From positions 3,584,001-3,648,000 of the forward strand of contig OZ242320.1 of the NCBI GenBank assembly GCA_965208125.1: DNA of 64,000 bases. The letters are read 5' to 3'. The notes under the pieces are model-generated. The model did no database searches and had not been told where the DNA came from. It saw only the letters and a list, made by a program, of their open reading frames with translations. The stretch comes from Candidatus Latescibacterota bacterium (GTDB lineage: Bacteria; Latescibacterota; UBA2968). The position numbers were made by a program, and so were the translations under genes. Below are positions 44,656-54,764 of this stretch, piece after piece; positions within the stretch are counted from its first letter, which is position 1, and each line of letters starts with the position of its first letter.

Positions 44656-45311
44656 TTTTCTCTTTGCTTTTTTTTTCGTCGCCACCACCAGAACCCGATT
44701 ATGCCTATAGCCATTAATATTGCCAGTATGCGATTATAAGTTTTCAGTACAGCGACTACGATTTGCCAGTTTTCACCGACCGTAAAGCCGAAGTAGATCA
44801 GCAGACTATTCCACAATAATGTGCCAAATAACACGTAAAGCGTCATGCGCAGGGGGTGCATCTGGCTGATGCCAGCCACAATGCCGACAAATATCCGCAC
44901 GGCGGGCAAAAATCGGTTGAAAATGACGATTTTGTCGCCATAGCGATTGAACCATGTTTCGGTGCGGTGCAGGTTTTCTTCATTTAAGAACTTTATATTC
45001 AACCGCAAGAAGAACGATCGCCCTTTTACAAATGCGATGGCGTAAAGAAGCAAACAGCCCACTGCGCTGCCTATCCACATTGCGAAATACGCAGGCCAGA
45101 CGGCGATTATCCCAATGCCAGCCAAATACGCGCCGAATACAATCAGGGTATCACCAGGAATGATAGGTACTATGTTCTCTAAAAAAGCACCCAGACATAA
45201 AAAAAAGTAAATCCACTCTGGCGGTTGGTCTCTCAAATAGGTGAGAAAAGAATTCCAGAGTTCGGTAAAGTAGGTGAGGAAAGAACCCCAGAGTTCAGTA
45301 AAGTACTCCAA
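44652..45311 (-). CDS. DedA family membrane protein
   Basis: E.....PGD, F.RYG......RFLP.VR....AG; N-terminal 11-aa tandem repeat. Confidence 0.88.
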   Translation of the reverse strand: MEYFTELWGSFLTYFTELWNSFLTYLRDQPPEWIYFFLCLGAFLENIVPIIPGDTLIVFGAYLAGIGIIAVWPAYFAMWIGSAVGCLLLYAIAFVKGRSFFLRLNIKFLNEENLHRTETWFNRYGDKIVIFNRFLPAVRIFVGIVAGISQMHPLRMTLYVLFGTLLWNSLLIYFGFTVGENWQIVVAVLKTYNRILAILMAIGIIGFWWWRRKKKQREK

Positions 45312-45373
45312 TTGCGTATCCTTTGGATGTGATACCCGAGGCGATTACATTTTTGAATAAACTGCGCAAGAAG

Positions 45374-46540
45374 TCAATAACTTTTTATTAACGCTACCGC
45401 CTGTGATGCTATGCCTTCTTCGCGTCCGACAAAACCCAGATGTTCGGTTGTTGTTGCTTTTACCGATATAAGATCAACCGACACTTCCAATGCGCGTGCC
45501 ATGTTTTCGCGCATTTGTTCAATATACGGCGATAGCTTTGGCCGTTGCGCCATCACAGTTGCATCCACATTGAGTACCTGCGCGTGCGATTCTTTCAGGA
45601 TGTGGGCCACGCGTGCCAGCAATGTGAGACTCGAGATATCTTTGTACGCGGCGTCTGTATCGGGAAAGATCTGACCTATGTCGCCAGCACCCAGTGCGCC
45701 CAATAGGGCATCGATGACGACATGGGTCAATACATCTGCATCTGAGTGGCCCAGCAATCCTTTTTCGTGGGGAATGTGTACGCCACCCAAAATTAGTGCA
45801 CGGTCTTCTATGAGTTGATGTGCGTCATAGCCCTGGCCAATTCGCAATGTCGGTGTCACGTCACCTCGTTTTTCTAAAATGTACAACCCCATGTCGAGGT
45901 CTTCTGGCGATGTAATTTTAATATTGTCCGCTCGTCCGGGCACAATGGTTACTGCTTCGCCCAGACGCTCTACCAGAGCCGTGTCATCTGTACCCAGGTA
46001 TCCCGATTCGCGTGCAGCACGATGGGCGCGGAAGATCACATCGCGGCGAAATGCCTGGGGTGTTTGTACGGCTCGCAATGTCGATCTGTCCAGAGTTTTT
46101 GCGACTTGATCGCCCTGCACGCGTTTTATCGTGTCTGTTACTGGTGTGCCTAAAACAGCAGCACCGCGTTCTGCCGCTGCCAGAACCACGGCATTGATAT
46201 CTTCGGGTGTTACATAAGCCCGCGCGCCATCGTGGATAGCAACTATGTCGGCATCTTGCGGTATCGCCTGTAGTCCGCAGGCCACAGAATCCTGTCGTTC
46301 TGCACCGCCAGCGACCACATCGACGACTTTGGAAAATTTTTTCTTTTCGAATTGTTCTCGACAAGTATCGATGTCTTCACGCCCCACGACCAGCACAACG
46401 CGATCAATGCGGTCTGCGCGTTCAAACGCGGTCAATGCCCAGGCCAATACGGGACGTCCGGCAAGATCGAGAAATTGCTTTGGGATATGCGTGCCCATTC
46501 GCTTTCCCGACCCGGCAGCGAGAATGATGGCGTAGTTCAT
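45374..46540 (-). CDS. ispDF: Bifunctional IspD/IspF
   Basis: AAGSGKRM...PKQF, HDGAR, QTPQ, KIT..EDL, followed by RIGQGYD.H, GHSDADV, KATTTE.LG. Confidence 0.93.
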   Translation of the reverse strand: MNYAIILAAGSGKRMGTHIPKQFLDLAGRPVLAWALTAFERADRIDRVVLVVGREDIDTCREQFEKKKFSKVVDVVAGGAERQDSVACGLQAIPQDADIVAIHDGARAYVTPEDINAVVLAAAERGAAVLGTPVTDTIKRVQGDQVAKTLDRSTLRAVQTPQAFRRDVIFRAHRAARESGYLGTDDTALVERLGEAVTIVPGRADNIKITSPEDLDMGLYILEKRGDVTPTLRIGQGYDAHQLIEDRALILGGVHIPHEKGLLGHSDADVLTHVVIDALLGALGAGDIGQIFPDTDAAYKDISSLTLLARVAHILKESHAQVLNVDATVMAQRPKLSPYIEQMRENMARALEVSVDLISVKATTTEHLGFVGREEGIASQAVALIKSY

Positions 46541-46563
46541 GGTAAGTTTTCAGCTTTTTGCTC

Positions 46564-47745
46564 TTATGCGTTATACTGATCCTGTTCCCGTTTGGCCCAG
46601 TCGGCGTTGACAAACATGTTCAGGCCCGGATCGGCGTATATGCCGTCTATTTTGTCGCCATCGTGTTGTCGCAAGAAATCGATGTCGATCTCTACGCCCC
46701 AGCCCGGACCACCGGGCAACTCGAAATGACCATCTACGACTTCGGGGTACGGCGTTCCCGCGCGTTTGACGTGCTCATCTGCAAAGTCATTAAAATGTTC
46801 GAGCACTTTGCCATTGCGGAGGGTTGCCATCAGGTGAAGGGTCGCAACGGTGGTAATAATTCCGCCGACATTGTGCGGCGCGACCATCACATTGTAGGTT
46901 TCAGCCGTTGAGGCGATTTTCTTGGTTTCCAGCAGGCCGCCACACTGGTTCAAGTCTGGCTGGATGATATCCACGACCCGCATGGGAAACAGGTCTCTAA
47001 ATTCTGCGGCTTTGTAAAGCCGTTCTCCGGTCGCAATTGGAATGGATGTATGTTGCGCCACTTTGGTCAATGCGCCCAAATCTTCCGGACGCGTCGGTTC
47101 TTCAATCCATCCCGGGCGCAGGTGTTCAATTGCTTTGGCGATTTCGATGGCCTGATGCGCTGCAAACCGACCGTGCATTTCCACAAAAATTTGTACGCGA
47201 TCACCCACGACGGAATGCACGGCTTCGATCAATTCAATGGATTTGAAAAATTCGTCGCGCGTCAGTTCCAGATTGCCATTGCCAAACGGATCGAATTTTA
47301 GACCGATATATCCGCGGTCAATCACTTTTTGAGCTGCTCTGGCATATTCTTCTGGCGAACGTTCCACTGTGTACCAGCCATTTGCATACGCGGGCACGCG
47401 TTCAATGGTTTTGCCGCCGATCAGATTGTACACAGGCTGATTGGTCAATTTGCCAATGCAATCCCAGCACGCCATCTCTACGAGTGCCAGTCCCGTCATC
47501 ACAACTTCGCCCGGTACACCGAAATCGTGGAGTGTAAATCGGCAATAGAGATCTTCAATATCGTACACACTGTGCCCGATAAAATGACGTCTGGTGTCTT
47601 TCAGAAATTCCAGCACAGTATGTGTTTTACCCAGTACGCGCGCTTCGCCAACTCCGCGCGTGCCGTCTTCCAATTCGATAAATACATAAGTCAAATTGCG
47701 CCAGGGCGTTCCCAGCACATAAGTTTCGTAATTTTTGATTTTCAA
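46564..47745 (-). CDS. Mandelate racemase/enolase superfamily dehydratase (galactonate dehydratase-like)
   Basis: AYANGWY, KFDPF, EMHGRF, WIEEP, ATGER, QPD...GG, APHN; TTG start after AAGGAG. Confidence 0.85.
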   Translation of the reverse strand: MKIKNYETYVLGTPWRNLTYVFIELEDGTRGVGEARVLGKTHTVLEFLKDTRRHFIGHSVYDIEDLYCRFTLHDFGVPGEVVMTGLALVEMACWDCIGKLTNQPVYNLIGGKTIERVPAYANGWYTVERSPEEYARAAQKVIDRGYIGLKFDPFGNGNLELTRDEFFKSIELIEAVHSVVGDRVQIFVEMHGRFAAHQAIEIAKAIEHLRPGWIEEPTRPEDLGALTKVAQHTSIPIATGERLYKAAEFRDLFPMRVVDIIQPDLNQCGGLLETKKIASTAETYNVMVAPHNVGGIITTVATLHLMATLRNGKVLEHFNDFADEHVKRAGTPYPEVVDGHFELPGGPGWGVEIDIDFLRQHDGDKIDGIYADPGLNMFVNADWAKREQDQYNA

Positions 47746-47762
47746 GGGGTGCTCCTTTTTCG

Positions 47763-48800
47763 CTATAATATCATCATTGCATCGCCGTAGCTGTAAAACC
47801 GATAGGCTTCGCGCACGGCTTCCCCATATGCCCGCATCGCAAAATCGCGCCCCATGAATGCGGCGATGAGCATGAGCAAAGTGGATTCTGGCAGATGGAA
47901 ATTTGTGATTAGACCATCTACCAATCGAAAATTGTAGGGCGGATAGATAAAGATATGCGTCCAGTCCGAGCCGGATTTTAGTTGCCAATTCGATCCGATT
48001 TTCACTGCTGCAGACTCAAGTGTTCGCACCGATGTCGTTCCCACTGCTATGACGCGTCCGCCATTTGCCCGGCATCGGTTGATGGTTTCTGCTGCGCTTT
48101 CATCGATTTTCCAAAATTCCGCAGCCATGTTGTGATCGCGCACATCGTCTGCTTTCACGGGTTTGAATGTACCGGGTCCTACATGTAGCAGGATTCGCGC
48201 TAAACTTATGCCCAATGCTTCAATTTTGGCCAATAGGTCGGGAGTAAAATGAAGTCCTGCAGTGGGGGCGGCGACCGATCCGCGCACGCGCGCATAGACC
48301 GTCTGATACCGCTCTTTGTCAGAGGCGCGATCTTCCCGCCGAATATAGGGCGGCAATGGCACATGGCCATGCGTTTTTAGGAGTTCGTCAAGCGACCCTT
48401 TGCCCTCAAACCGAACGCGGCGGTTGCCCGAATCCAGTACATCTACGACAATGGCGATCAGATCAGATCCTTCAAAAGCAATTTCAGCCCCAACTCGCAA
48501 TCGCCGTCCGGGTCGCGCCATTGCTTCCCAGCTATCGCCATTGGGATGCAGGAGCAAAAGTTCTACCGCGCCTCTGGTGATTGGTCGGTATCCTTTTAAT
48601 CGTGCGGGAAATACCCGCGTTTCGTTCAATACCAGACAGTCACCTGCGCGCAAATAGTTCGGTAATTCTCGAAATGTTCGATGTGCAATCTCGCGATGCG
48701 TGCGATTTGCCACCATCAAGCGCGATCCATCGCGCTCAGCGGTTGGGTATTGTGCGATCAGGTGATTGGGCAATTCGTAATAAAATTCAGAACGCTTCAC
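47763..48800 (-). CDS. queA: S-adenosylmethionine:tRNA ribosyltransferase-isomerase
   Basis: PLPPYI, YQTVYA, AAPTAGLHF, LHVG.GTF, VGTTSVR.LE, TNFHLP.STL, YRFYSYGDAM. Confidence 0.95.
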   Translation of the reverse strand: MKRSEFYYELPNHLIAQYPTAERDGSRLMVANRTHREIAHRTFRELPNYLRAGDCLVLNETRVFPARLKGYRPITRGAVELLLLHPNGDSWEAMARPGRRLRVGAEIAFEGSDLIAIVVDVLDSGNRRVRFEGKGSLDELLKTHGHVPLPPYIRREDRASDKERYQTVYARVRGSVAAPTAGLHFTPDLLAKIEALGISLARILLHVGPGTFKPVKADDVRDHNMAAEFWKIDESAAETINRCRANGGRVIAVGTTSVRTLESAAVKIGSNWQLKSGSDWTHIFIYPPYNFRLVDGLITNFHLPESTLLMLIAAFMGRDFAMRAYGEAVREAYRFYSYGDAMMIL

Positions 48801-48846
48801 TGGACGAGTTTTTGAAAAAGTGAGAATATGGCAGTACGGCGTCATT

Positions 48847-49626
48847 TCATTCAAAGAGCGATGGGAAGTGACGAAGGGGTTCTGCTGGCTCTCTGAAGAG
48901 TATCTGCTGACGCGGTGTCAGTTCTGTGTTGGTTGGCGGTTGTACGCGATTGGGTCTCCAGGCTGTATGCGCTACGCAATATTTGTAGAGGAGAGAGCGG
49001 CGTTCGTGCTTGCCGTACCAGGCCGATGTCCCGTGTGTTAGAGCTTCGGTAAATAAAATAGCGGAGCCAGCGGGTGCCTGTGGAATGATTATAAGGGGCG
49101 ATTTTTCAGGGGCATCGAATATCTTTTGGGGCAATCGGTAGTTGCTTTTGTGACTGCCGGGAATGCAGCAGAATCCCCCGTGGTCTGGCCCTGCGTCTGT
49201 GAGGCTCCACGCTACAACCAGGAATCCGTCGGTTATCTCGTGTTTGGGAAAATTAAAGTATTTGCCCGGCATTGATCCCGAAATGGGTGACATGGCACCG
49301 TAGTCGGCGTGCAGACGCCCTCTTCCCATGCCCGCTTTCATGTACATGCCATAGAGGCGGTCAAGACGAAAGCAGTCGCCCAATCGGAAGCGCAATATGG
49401 GCATAATTTGAGGGTGGTCGAGGAGTTCGCAAAAGGGTTTTCCCCATTGCAGAAAGCCCGGCCCGTCAGGTGCGCTGCCAAATCGCTGCGTTTTGCCCGG
49501 TGGGGGCAGTTTTTGTTGGTCAAATAGTTCATTGAGTGTTGCTACTTCGTCTGCGTTTAAGACATTTTCAACGACGAGGTAGCCCTGCAAGTCGAGCAAA
49601 TACTGTTGTATTTCAAGGTCTTCCAT
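48847..49626 (-). CDS. PhyH family dioxygenase
   Basis: DLQGYLVVENVL, LHAD, GGF.CIPGSHK, FTEALTHG, RR. Confidence 0.85.
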   Translation of the reverse strand: MEDLEIQQYLLDLQGYLVVENVLNADEVATLNELFDQQKLPPPGKTQRFGSAPDGPGFLQWGKPFCELLDHPQIMPILRFRLGDCFRLDRLYGMYMKAGMGRGRLHADYGAMSPISGSMPGKYFNFPKHEITDGFLVVAWSLTDAGPDHGGFCCIPGSHKSNYRLPQKIFDAPEKSPLIIIPQAPAGSAILFTEALTHGTSAWYGKHERRSLLYKYCVAHTAWRPNRVQPPTNTELTPRQQILFREPAEPLRHFPSLFE

Positions 49627-49871
49627 AATGTTCTCCTGTTTTTTTAGATGATGTGGTGTATTAAAATTCCGGTTGATCCTCAGCGTGTCTTGGAATATCA
49701 TTTTGATTGGACTATATTAGATTTCGACTTTGGACGCAAGGAGAAAGACCAGCAAATGGTCAGTTGCAAAATCAGGTAGGTGGTATTATATTTTTTCGTG
49801 CCTTATTATTTTATGTAAAGAAACGGTGTGTATCACGCCGTTTCTTTTTTTCCGAATAACAGGAGTGAGCT

Positions 49872-50912
49872 ATGGCAGTTAAAACGTGTCTTATGGTGGG
49901 CGGCGGTGGTATGGCAGGGGGCTGGATCAATCGCATGACGCAAAAATTTGGAGATCGCATCAAAATTATCGGTCTCGTCGATGTCAATCGGGATGTGCTG
50001 GACCATCAGGCTCAGGCACTCGGTCTGTCTAATGATCAACTTTTTACCTCACACGAAGATGCTGTGTCCGCTGTCAAAGCCGATTTTTGTGGTGTGGCAA
50101 CGCCGCCGCCGTTTCACGCGCCGGCAACGGTTGCCGCGCTTGAGGCGGGCATGCCTGTGATATCTGAGAAGCCGATTGCGGATACTTTCGATGCGGCCAA
50201 AGACATGGTTCTCGCTGCCCAAAAGACGGGCTTGCCCTGCGCTATTATTCAAAATTATCGCTATGCCCGAAATAAGCAGGAACTCGTTCGCATTCGCAAT
50301 GAGGGACGCCTCGGTCGCCTCCAGCATATTGTTGGACGATATGCTTGCGATTACCGGGAATTTGAATCCTGGGGCAAAGCCTGGCGACATACGATGGAAT
50401 TTGGCCTTCTCTTTGAAGGCTCAGTGCATCATTTTGACATGCTGCGGTTTCTTTCGGGTGGCGATCCCGATACGCTTATGGGATTTGGCTGGAATCCCGA
50501 ATGGTCGAGTTTTGATCACCATTCGAGCGGGATGTATCTCGTAAATATGGACAATGGCACACATGCGTTTTATGAGGGCAACAGCTCGGCGGCGGGTATT
50601 ACCAACTGCTGGCATCGAGAACACTATCGCGCTGAATTTGAAGAGGGTACGGTCGAAATAGCCGAAGGCGCTACCGTGACGATTCACCGCGTTGGGCAAG
50701 AGTCCGAAGTTTATGAAGCACCTGAAATAGAGTGGGAAGGTCACGATCATCTCTTTGATGAGTTTCTCAATTGGCTCGACGGAGGACCGCCTTCTGAGAC
50801 GCGTATTGAAAAGAATATTATCTCGTATGCGATGGTCATCGCCGCTATGGAGACGACGCTGGATGGGCAGCCGAAGAAAATCGCAGATTATGTTTCGGAC
50901 CTTGGATTGTAG
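49872..50912 (+). CDS. Gfo/Idh/MocA family oxidoreductase
   Basis: VGGGGMA, TPP..H, EKP, H..D. Confidence 0.88.
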   Translation: MAVKTCLMVGGGGMAGGWINRMTQKFGDRIKIIGLVDVNRDVLDHQAQALGLSNDQLFTSHEDAVSAVKADFCGVATPPPFHAPATVAALEAGMPVISEKPIADTFDAAKDMVLAAQKTGLPCAIIQNYRYARNKQELVRIRNEGRLGRLQHIVGRYACDYREFESWGKAWRHTMEFGLLFEGSVHHFDMLRFLSGGDPDTLMGFGWNPEWSSFDHHSSGMYLVNMDNGTHAFYEGNSSAAGITNCWHREHYRAEFEEGTVEIAEGATVTIHRVGQESEVYEAPEIEWEGHDHLFDEFLNWLDGGPPSETRIEKNIISYAMVIAAMETTLDGQPKKIADYVSDLGL

Positions 50913-50927
50913 TCATAGAACAATTGG

Positions 50928-51731
50928 TTATATGCCCGACAATATTCCCTTGATATATCCCAGTGTGAACGCGAGGTCGCGGTCGATACCCTCAAGCGTT
51001 TTAGAGCCGACGCATTCTACGTAGAGAGGACCTGTGAATCCCCCGCCGGTTAGTCCGGATAAGATGCGGTGAAAATCGACTTCGCCATCGCCTGCTGTAG
51101 TCTGTACATTGGGGTTGTTGTCGGAGTCCAATGCACAATCTTTGATGATCGCTGTTGAGGTGTATTTTGCAATATCATCCACTTCCTGCTCTGGGCGCAC
51201 TTCGCCGCGCGTGTAGTGAATGATGTTGCCCGGGTCGTAGCTTACTGCAAATGCGGGGTGATTGACCTGGTGATACAGGTCGATCAATTCTTTTGCTGTC
51301 AGGCTGATGCCCCCGTGAGGCTTGAGGGAAATTCCCAGGTCTAAGGTTTCCGCGTGTTCAGAGGCACGGCGCATGACTTCGGGATAGATGCCGTAATATT
51401 CTTTTTTGCCCGTTCCCAATTCCAATATCCACTTTGCGCCGAGTTCGGCGGCGTTATCCAATAATTGTTTATACGCATCTGCTGCACCATCCACTCCGCG
51501 CTCCAACAGCGCTCTGCCGAGCAACATGGATGGATTGACGCCTGCCTGGGCAGCAGCTTTTTTGGTGTCTGCGATTTTCGCGGCACTGCTTTCATTATTT
51601 ACGGGTATAACCCCATCATGTGCAAATACAGCTACATCTGTGTATCCCGCGCTTGCGATGTGTTCACACGCCTCTGCAAATGACAGGGCGTTGAGAGGCC
51701 GCGTTGTGCTGCCAATGACCAGTTCCATCAT
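50928..51731 (-). CDS. Sugar phosphate isomerase/epimerase (xylose isomerase-like TIM barrel)
   Basis: KPHGG, YDPGN, IKD, G.G.VDF, F.GP..VE. Confidence 0.8.
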   Translation of the reverse strand: MMELVIGSTTRPLNALSFAEACEHIASAGYTDVAVFAHDGVIPVNNESSAAKIADTKKAAAQAGVNPSMLLGRALLERGVDGAADAYKQLLDNAAELGAKWILELGTGKKEYYGIYPEVMRRASEHAETLDLGISLKPHGGISLTAKELIDLYHQVNHPAFAVSYDPGNIIHYTRGEVRPEQEVDDIAKYTSTAIIKDCALDSDNNPNVQTTAGDGEVDFHRILSGLTGGGFTGPLYVECVGSKTLEGIDRDLAFTLGYIKGILSGI

Positions 51732-51760
51732 TTACTCCTTCCTTATTTTATCCGGATTGT

Positions 51761-52558
51761 TTACCCGTGGTTGTTAAGGTCTTTCCCGCAATGTGGGCAT
51801 TTATTTTCGCGAGATTCCTGCATGGCTTCGACAAAGCCAGAACTCAAGATGCCGGCGGGTAAGGCAAACATCCCAACGCCCAGTACGGCAATTATTGCCC
51901 CCAGGAATTTGCCCAATGGCGTTATGGGAAAGACATCGCCATAGCCCACGGTTGTCAGGGTTACTATTCCCCACCACATGGTTGTTGGAATACTCGAAAA
52001 TGCTTCGGGTTGTGCATGGTGTTCGACAAAATACATCAAGCTGGATACAATGACCAATAAAAGTATTAGTGCAAATGCCACGATATAGAGTTCCCGGCGT
52101 TTTTGCCATATTACCCGGCCAAACATTTGCATCGAATGCGAATATCGACCCACTTTGAGCAGGCGAAATAATCGCAACAAGCGCAGGGGGAGCGTGTAAT
52201 CGGGTGGTATTGTTACAAGCAAGAAGATGTAATAGGGAAATATGGCGATGAAATCAATGAGCGCCAGAGGCGTCAGCATAAATGCCAACCGCCCGATCAG
52301 GGGACGCGCGAATTTTGTATCTGCCGTGCAACACCAGATGCGCAGCAGGTATTCAACGGTGAAGATCAGCACGCATACAGTTTCAAAAAGCTCGATAAAC
52401 TCGCCATAAGTCTCATTAATTCCCTCAACGGTTTCGAGTATGACCATTGTCACATTCAGGACGATGAGGGTGATTATAAAAAGATCAACTACGCGGCTCA
52501 GCAGATCACCTTCTTCGGCTTTTTCCAGGATTGCGTACAAGTGTGTTTTTGCGGTCAT
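51761..52558 (-). CDS. 6-TM potassium channel (voltage-gated-type ion transporter)
   Basis: TTVGYGD selectivity filter, S4 LRLLRLFRLLK, C-terminal CPHC. Confidence 0.9.
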   Translation of the reverse strand: MTAKTHLYAILEKAEEGDLLSRVVDLFIITLIVLNVTMVILETVEGINETYGEFIELFETVCVLIFTVEYLLRIWCCTADTKFARPLIGRLAFMLTPLALIDFIAIFPYYIFLLVTIPPDYTLPLRLLRLFRLLKVGRYSHSMQMFGRVIWQKRRELYIVAFALILLLVIVSSLMYFVEHHAQPEAFSSIPTTMWWGIVTLTTVGYGDVFPITPLGKFLGAIIAVLGVGMFALPAGILSSGFVEAMQESRENKCPHCGKDLNNHG

Positions 52559-52702
52559 CGCGTTTACCTCCCGCTCCAAAATAGAATTGTTTTGTACTCT
52601 TTACAAGTGAATATTAAGCGGTGAGATGTAAGAGGCGAGAGTCCGCAGTCCCCAGTCCCTTGTAATGGGTTGCGGGACGGGGTTCATCAAAGGAGATTTT
52701 AT

Positions 52703-54670
52703 TTGTCCGATCTTTTAAAAAATCCAATTGTCCGGGTTATTTTTGCACTTATTCTTGCAATGGTTCTGGTGAGCATTTTGCCGGGGAACCGGGAGCGCGT
52801 TTTACACGAGCAACTGTTGACTGCGATTCCCAAATTGGCGGAACAGTTTGGCGATTATCCATGGATGCTATCGCCAGATGCAGACCGCGTGTTGCAGAAG
52901 GCTTTTGCCGAAGCACAAGGTCGTCGGCCTGATGCGTCTGATGAGGGTGCAGAGATTGTATTTCGCAGCGCGGCAATCTCCGAGGGTTATCACCTCGTTG
53001 CTGTGCGCGGTTCTGATGAACGAGGAGAAGTTTTGTCGCCGGTTACTGCGTGGAGTCTTTTTCCGCCCGTTGCTGCGATTCTGGTGGCTATTATCAGCGG
53101 GCGTCTTATTCTGGGGCTTTCGCTTTCTATTCTCGCGGGGGGATTTCTCGCGTCGCTGGGTGAACCTCTTTATTATTTGCCGATTATTGCGCTGCAAAAA
53201 TCCCTGATTGGCTATGTTTGGACGCCTTTGGAAAGTTCGTTTCAGCTCTATATTCTCGCGTTTACTGCAGGGCTTATTGGTATGGTGCGCGTTACCACGC
53301 TTTCGGGTGGCAATCGCGGTATTGCCAATGTGCTCGCCCGACGTGCCGAGGGCGCGCGCTCAACGCGGTTGGCGGCATTTTTTATGGGTCTTGCCATTTT
53401 TTTTGACGACTATGCCAATTCTATTGTGGTTGGCTCTACGTTGCGCCCGATAGCCGATCGGTTCAGGGTGTCGCGCGAAAAACTCGCGTATATTGTCGAT
53501 TCAACAGCAGCCCCTATCGCAGGTATTGCGATTATCAGTACGTGGATTGGATACGAAGTCAGCCTTTTTCAGGATTTGATGACGGATCTCAAGACTGGAC
53601 TGTCGGGATACCAGCTTTTTTTTAATGCTCTCCCTTTGCGTTTCTATTGTTTGCTCACGCTCACTTTTGTTCTGCTTTCGGCTTATCTTCGCCGCGATTA
53701 CGGGCCTATGCTCGCCGCCGAACGCCGCGCACAAACAACGGGTCAGGTGATGCGCCCCGGTGCGACGCCAATGACCGGGCGTGCACAGGATGAAATTGGT
53801 CCTGTTGAGGGCGTCCATCCCGTGTGGTGGGCGGCTGTTTTGCCTGTGATTCTCGTTATTATATGCGTCATTGGGGGGATGGCTTTTGATACTTGGGATC
53901 ACGAGAGGGTGCTGGCAGCACGGCGGGATTATGGCTTGATGAGCAGCGCGTTTTGGAGTGCGTGTTTTTCAAATGCCAATACGGCACAGGTTCTTTTTGT
54001 GGCGGCAATGCTCGGTTCCGCACTCGCGATTGTGATAGCTATTACGCGCAGGCATGGTGAAACAGGTGCGCGGATTATTTCTGTGGGGAATGCTATCTCG
54101 ACATGGGCGCGCGGTATTGTCGGCGTGTGGTATGCGATTGTTATTCTGATTCTCGCATGGGCGATCAAAGAGGTCTGTGCAGATGCGGGTACGTCAACTT
54201 ATCTCACCGCAGCACTTTCTCCGCTTATATCTCCAGGGCTGCTGCCTTTGCTGATTTTTCTGCTCGCTGCTCTTGTTGCATTTTCAATTGGCACGTCCTG
54301 GACGACTATGGCGATTCTCATTCCTACGGTTGTTCCGCTCGCACATGCGTTGGGGGGACTACCGCTGACGATCCTGGCAGCAGCGGCTGTGCTCGATGGG
54401 GCGATTTTTGGCGACCATTGCTCGCCTATTAGCGATACTACAGTGATGGCGAGTATCGCGTCGTCGTGTGACCACATGGATCACGTTAAAACACAGCTCC
54501 CCTACGCGCTGACGACGATGAGTGTCGCGGGCATTTTTGGCTATCTGGGGACGGCGCTGATTTATCCGGGCTGGGTTGGGCTTATTTTTGGACTGATCAC
54601 TATTCCAATAATTCTTCTCGCCATAGGTAAAAATCCGGATGAGCCCATCCAGTCTTCCAATCGGCTTTAG
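52703..54670 (+). CDS. Na+/H+ antiporter NhaC family protein
   Basis: IFFDDYAN, VDSTAAP, GTSW.T, FGDHCSPISDTT, HVKTQLPYA. Confidence 0.88.
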   Translation: MSDLLKNPIVRVIFALILAMVLVSILPGNRERVLHEQLLTAIPKLAEQFGDYPWMLSPDADRVLQKAFAEAQGRRPDASDEGAEIVFRSAAISEGYHLVAVRGSDERGEVLSPVTAWSLFPPVAAILVAIISGRLILGLSLSILAGGFLASLGEPLYYLPIIALQKSLIGYVWTPLESSFQLYILAFTAGLIGMVRVTTLSGGNRGIANVLARRAEGARSTRLAAFFMGLAIFFDDYANSIVVGSTLRPIADRFRVSREKLAYIVDSTAAPIAGIAIISTWIGYEVSLFQDLMTDLKTGLSGYQLFFNALPLRFYCLLTLTFVLLSAYLRRDYGPMLAAERRAQTTGQVMRPGATPMTGRAQDEIGPVEGVHPVWWAAVLPVILVIICVIGGMAFDTWDHERVLAARRDYGLMSSAFWSACFSNANTAQVLFVAAMLGSALAIVIAITRRHGETGARIISVGNAISTWARGIVGVWYAIVILILAWAIKEVCADAGTSTYLTAALSPLISPGLLPLLIFLLAALVAFSIGTSWTTMAILIPTVVPLAHALGGLPLTILAAAAVLDGAIFGDHCSPISDTTVMASIASSCDHMDHVKTQLPYALTTMSVAGIFGYLGTALIYPGWVGLIFGLITIPIILLAIGKNPDEPIQSSNRL

Positions 54671-54764
54671 TGTCTGCGCTCTATTGTTTTCTTGACTTCT
54701 ATTTTAGAGTGATTCATGCATGTCCTGTAACGTTTTTTTAGTTTGAGATTCGAAGGAGGTCGCT

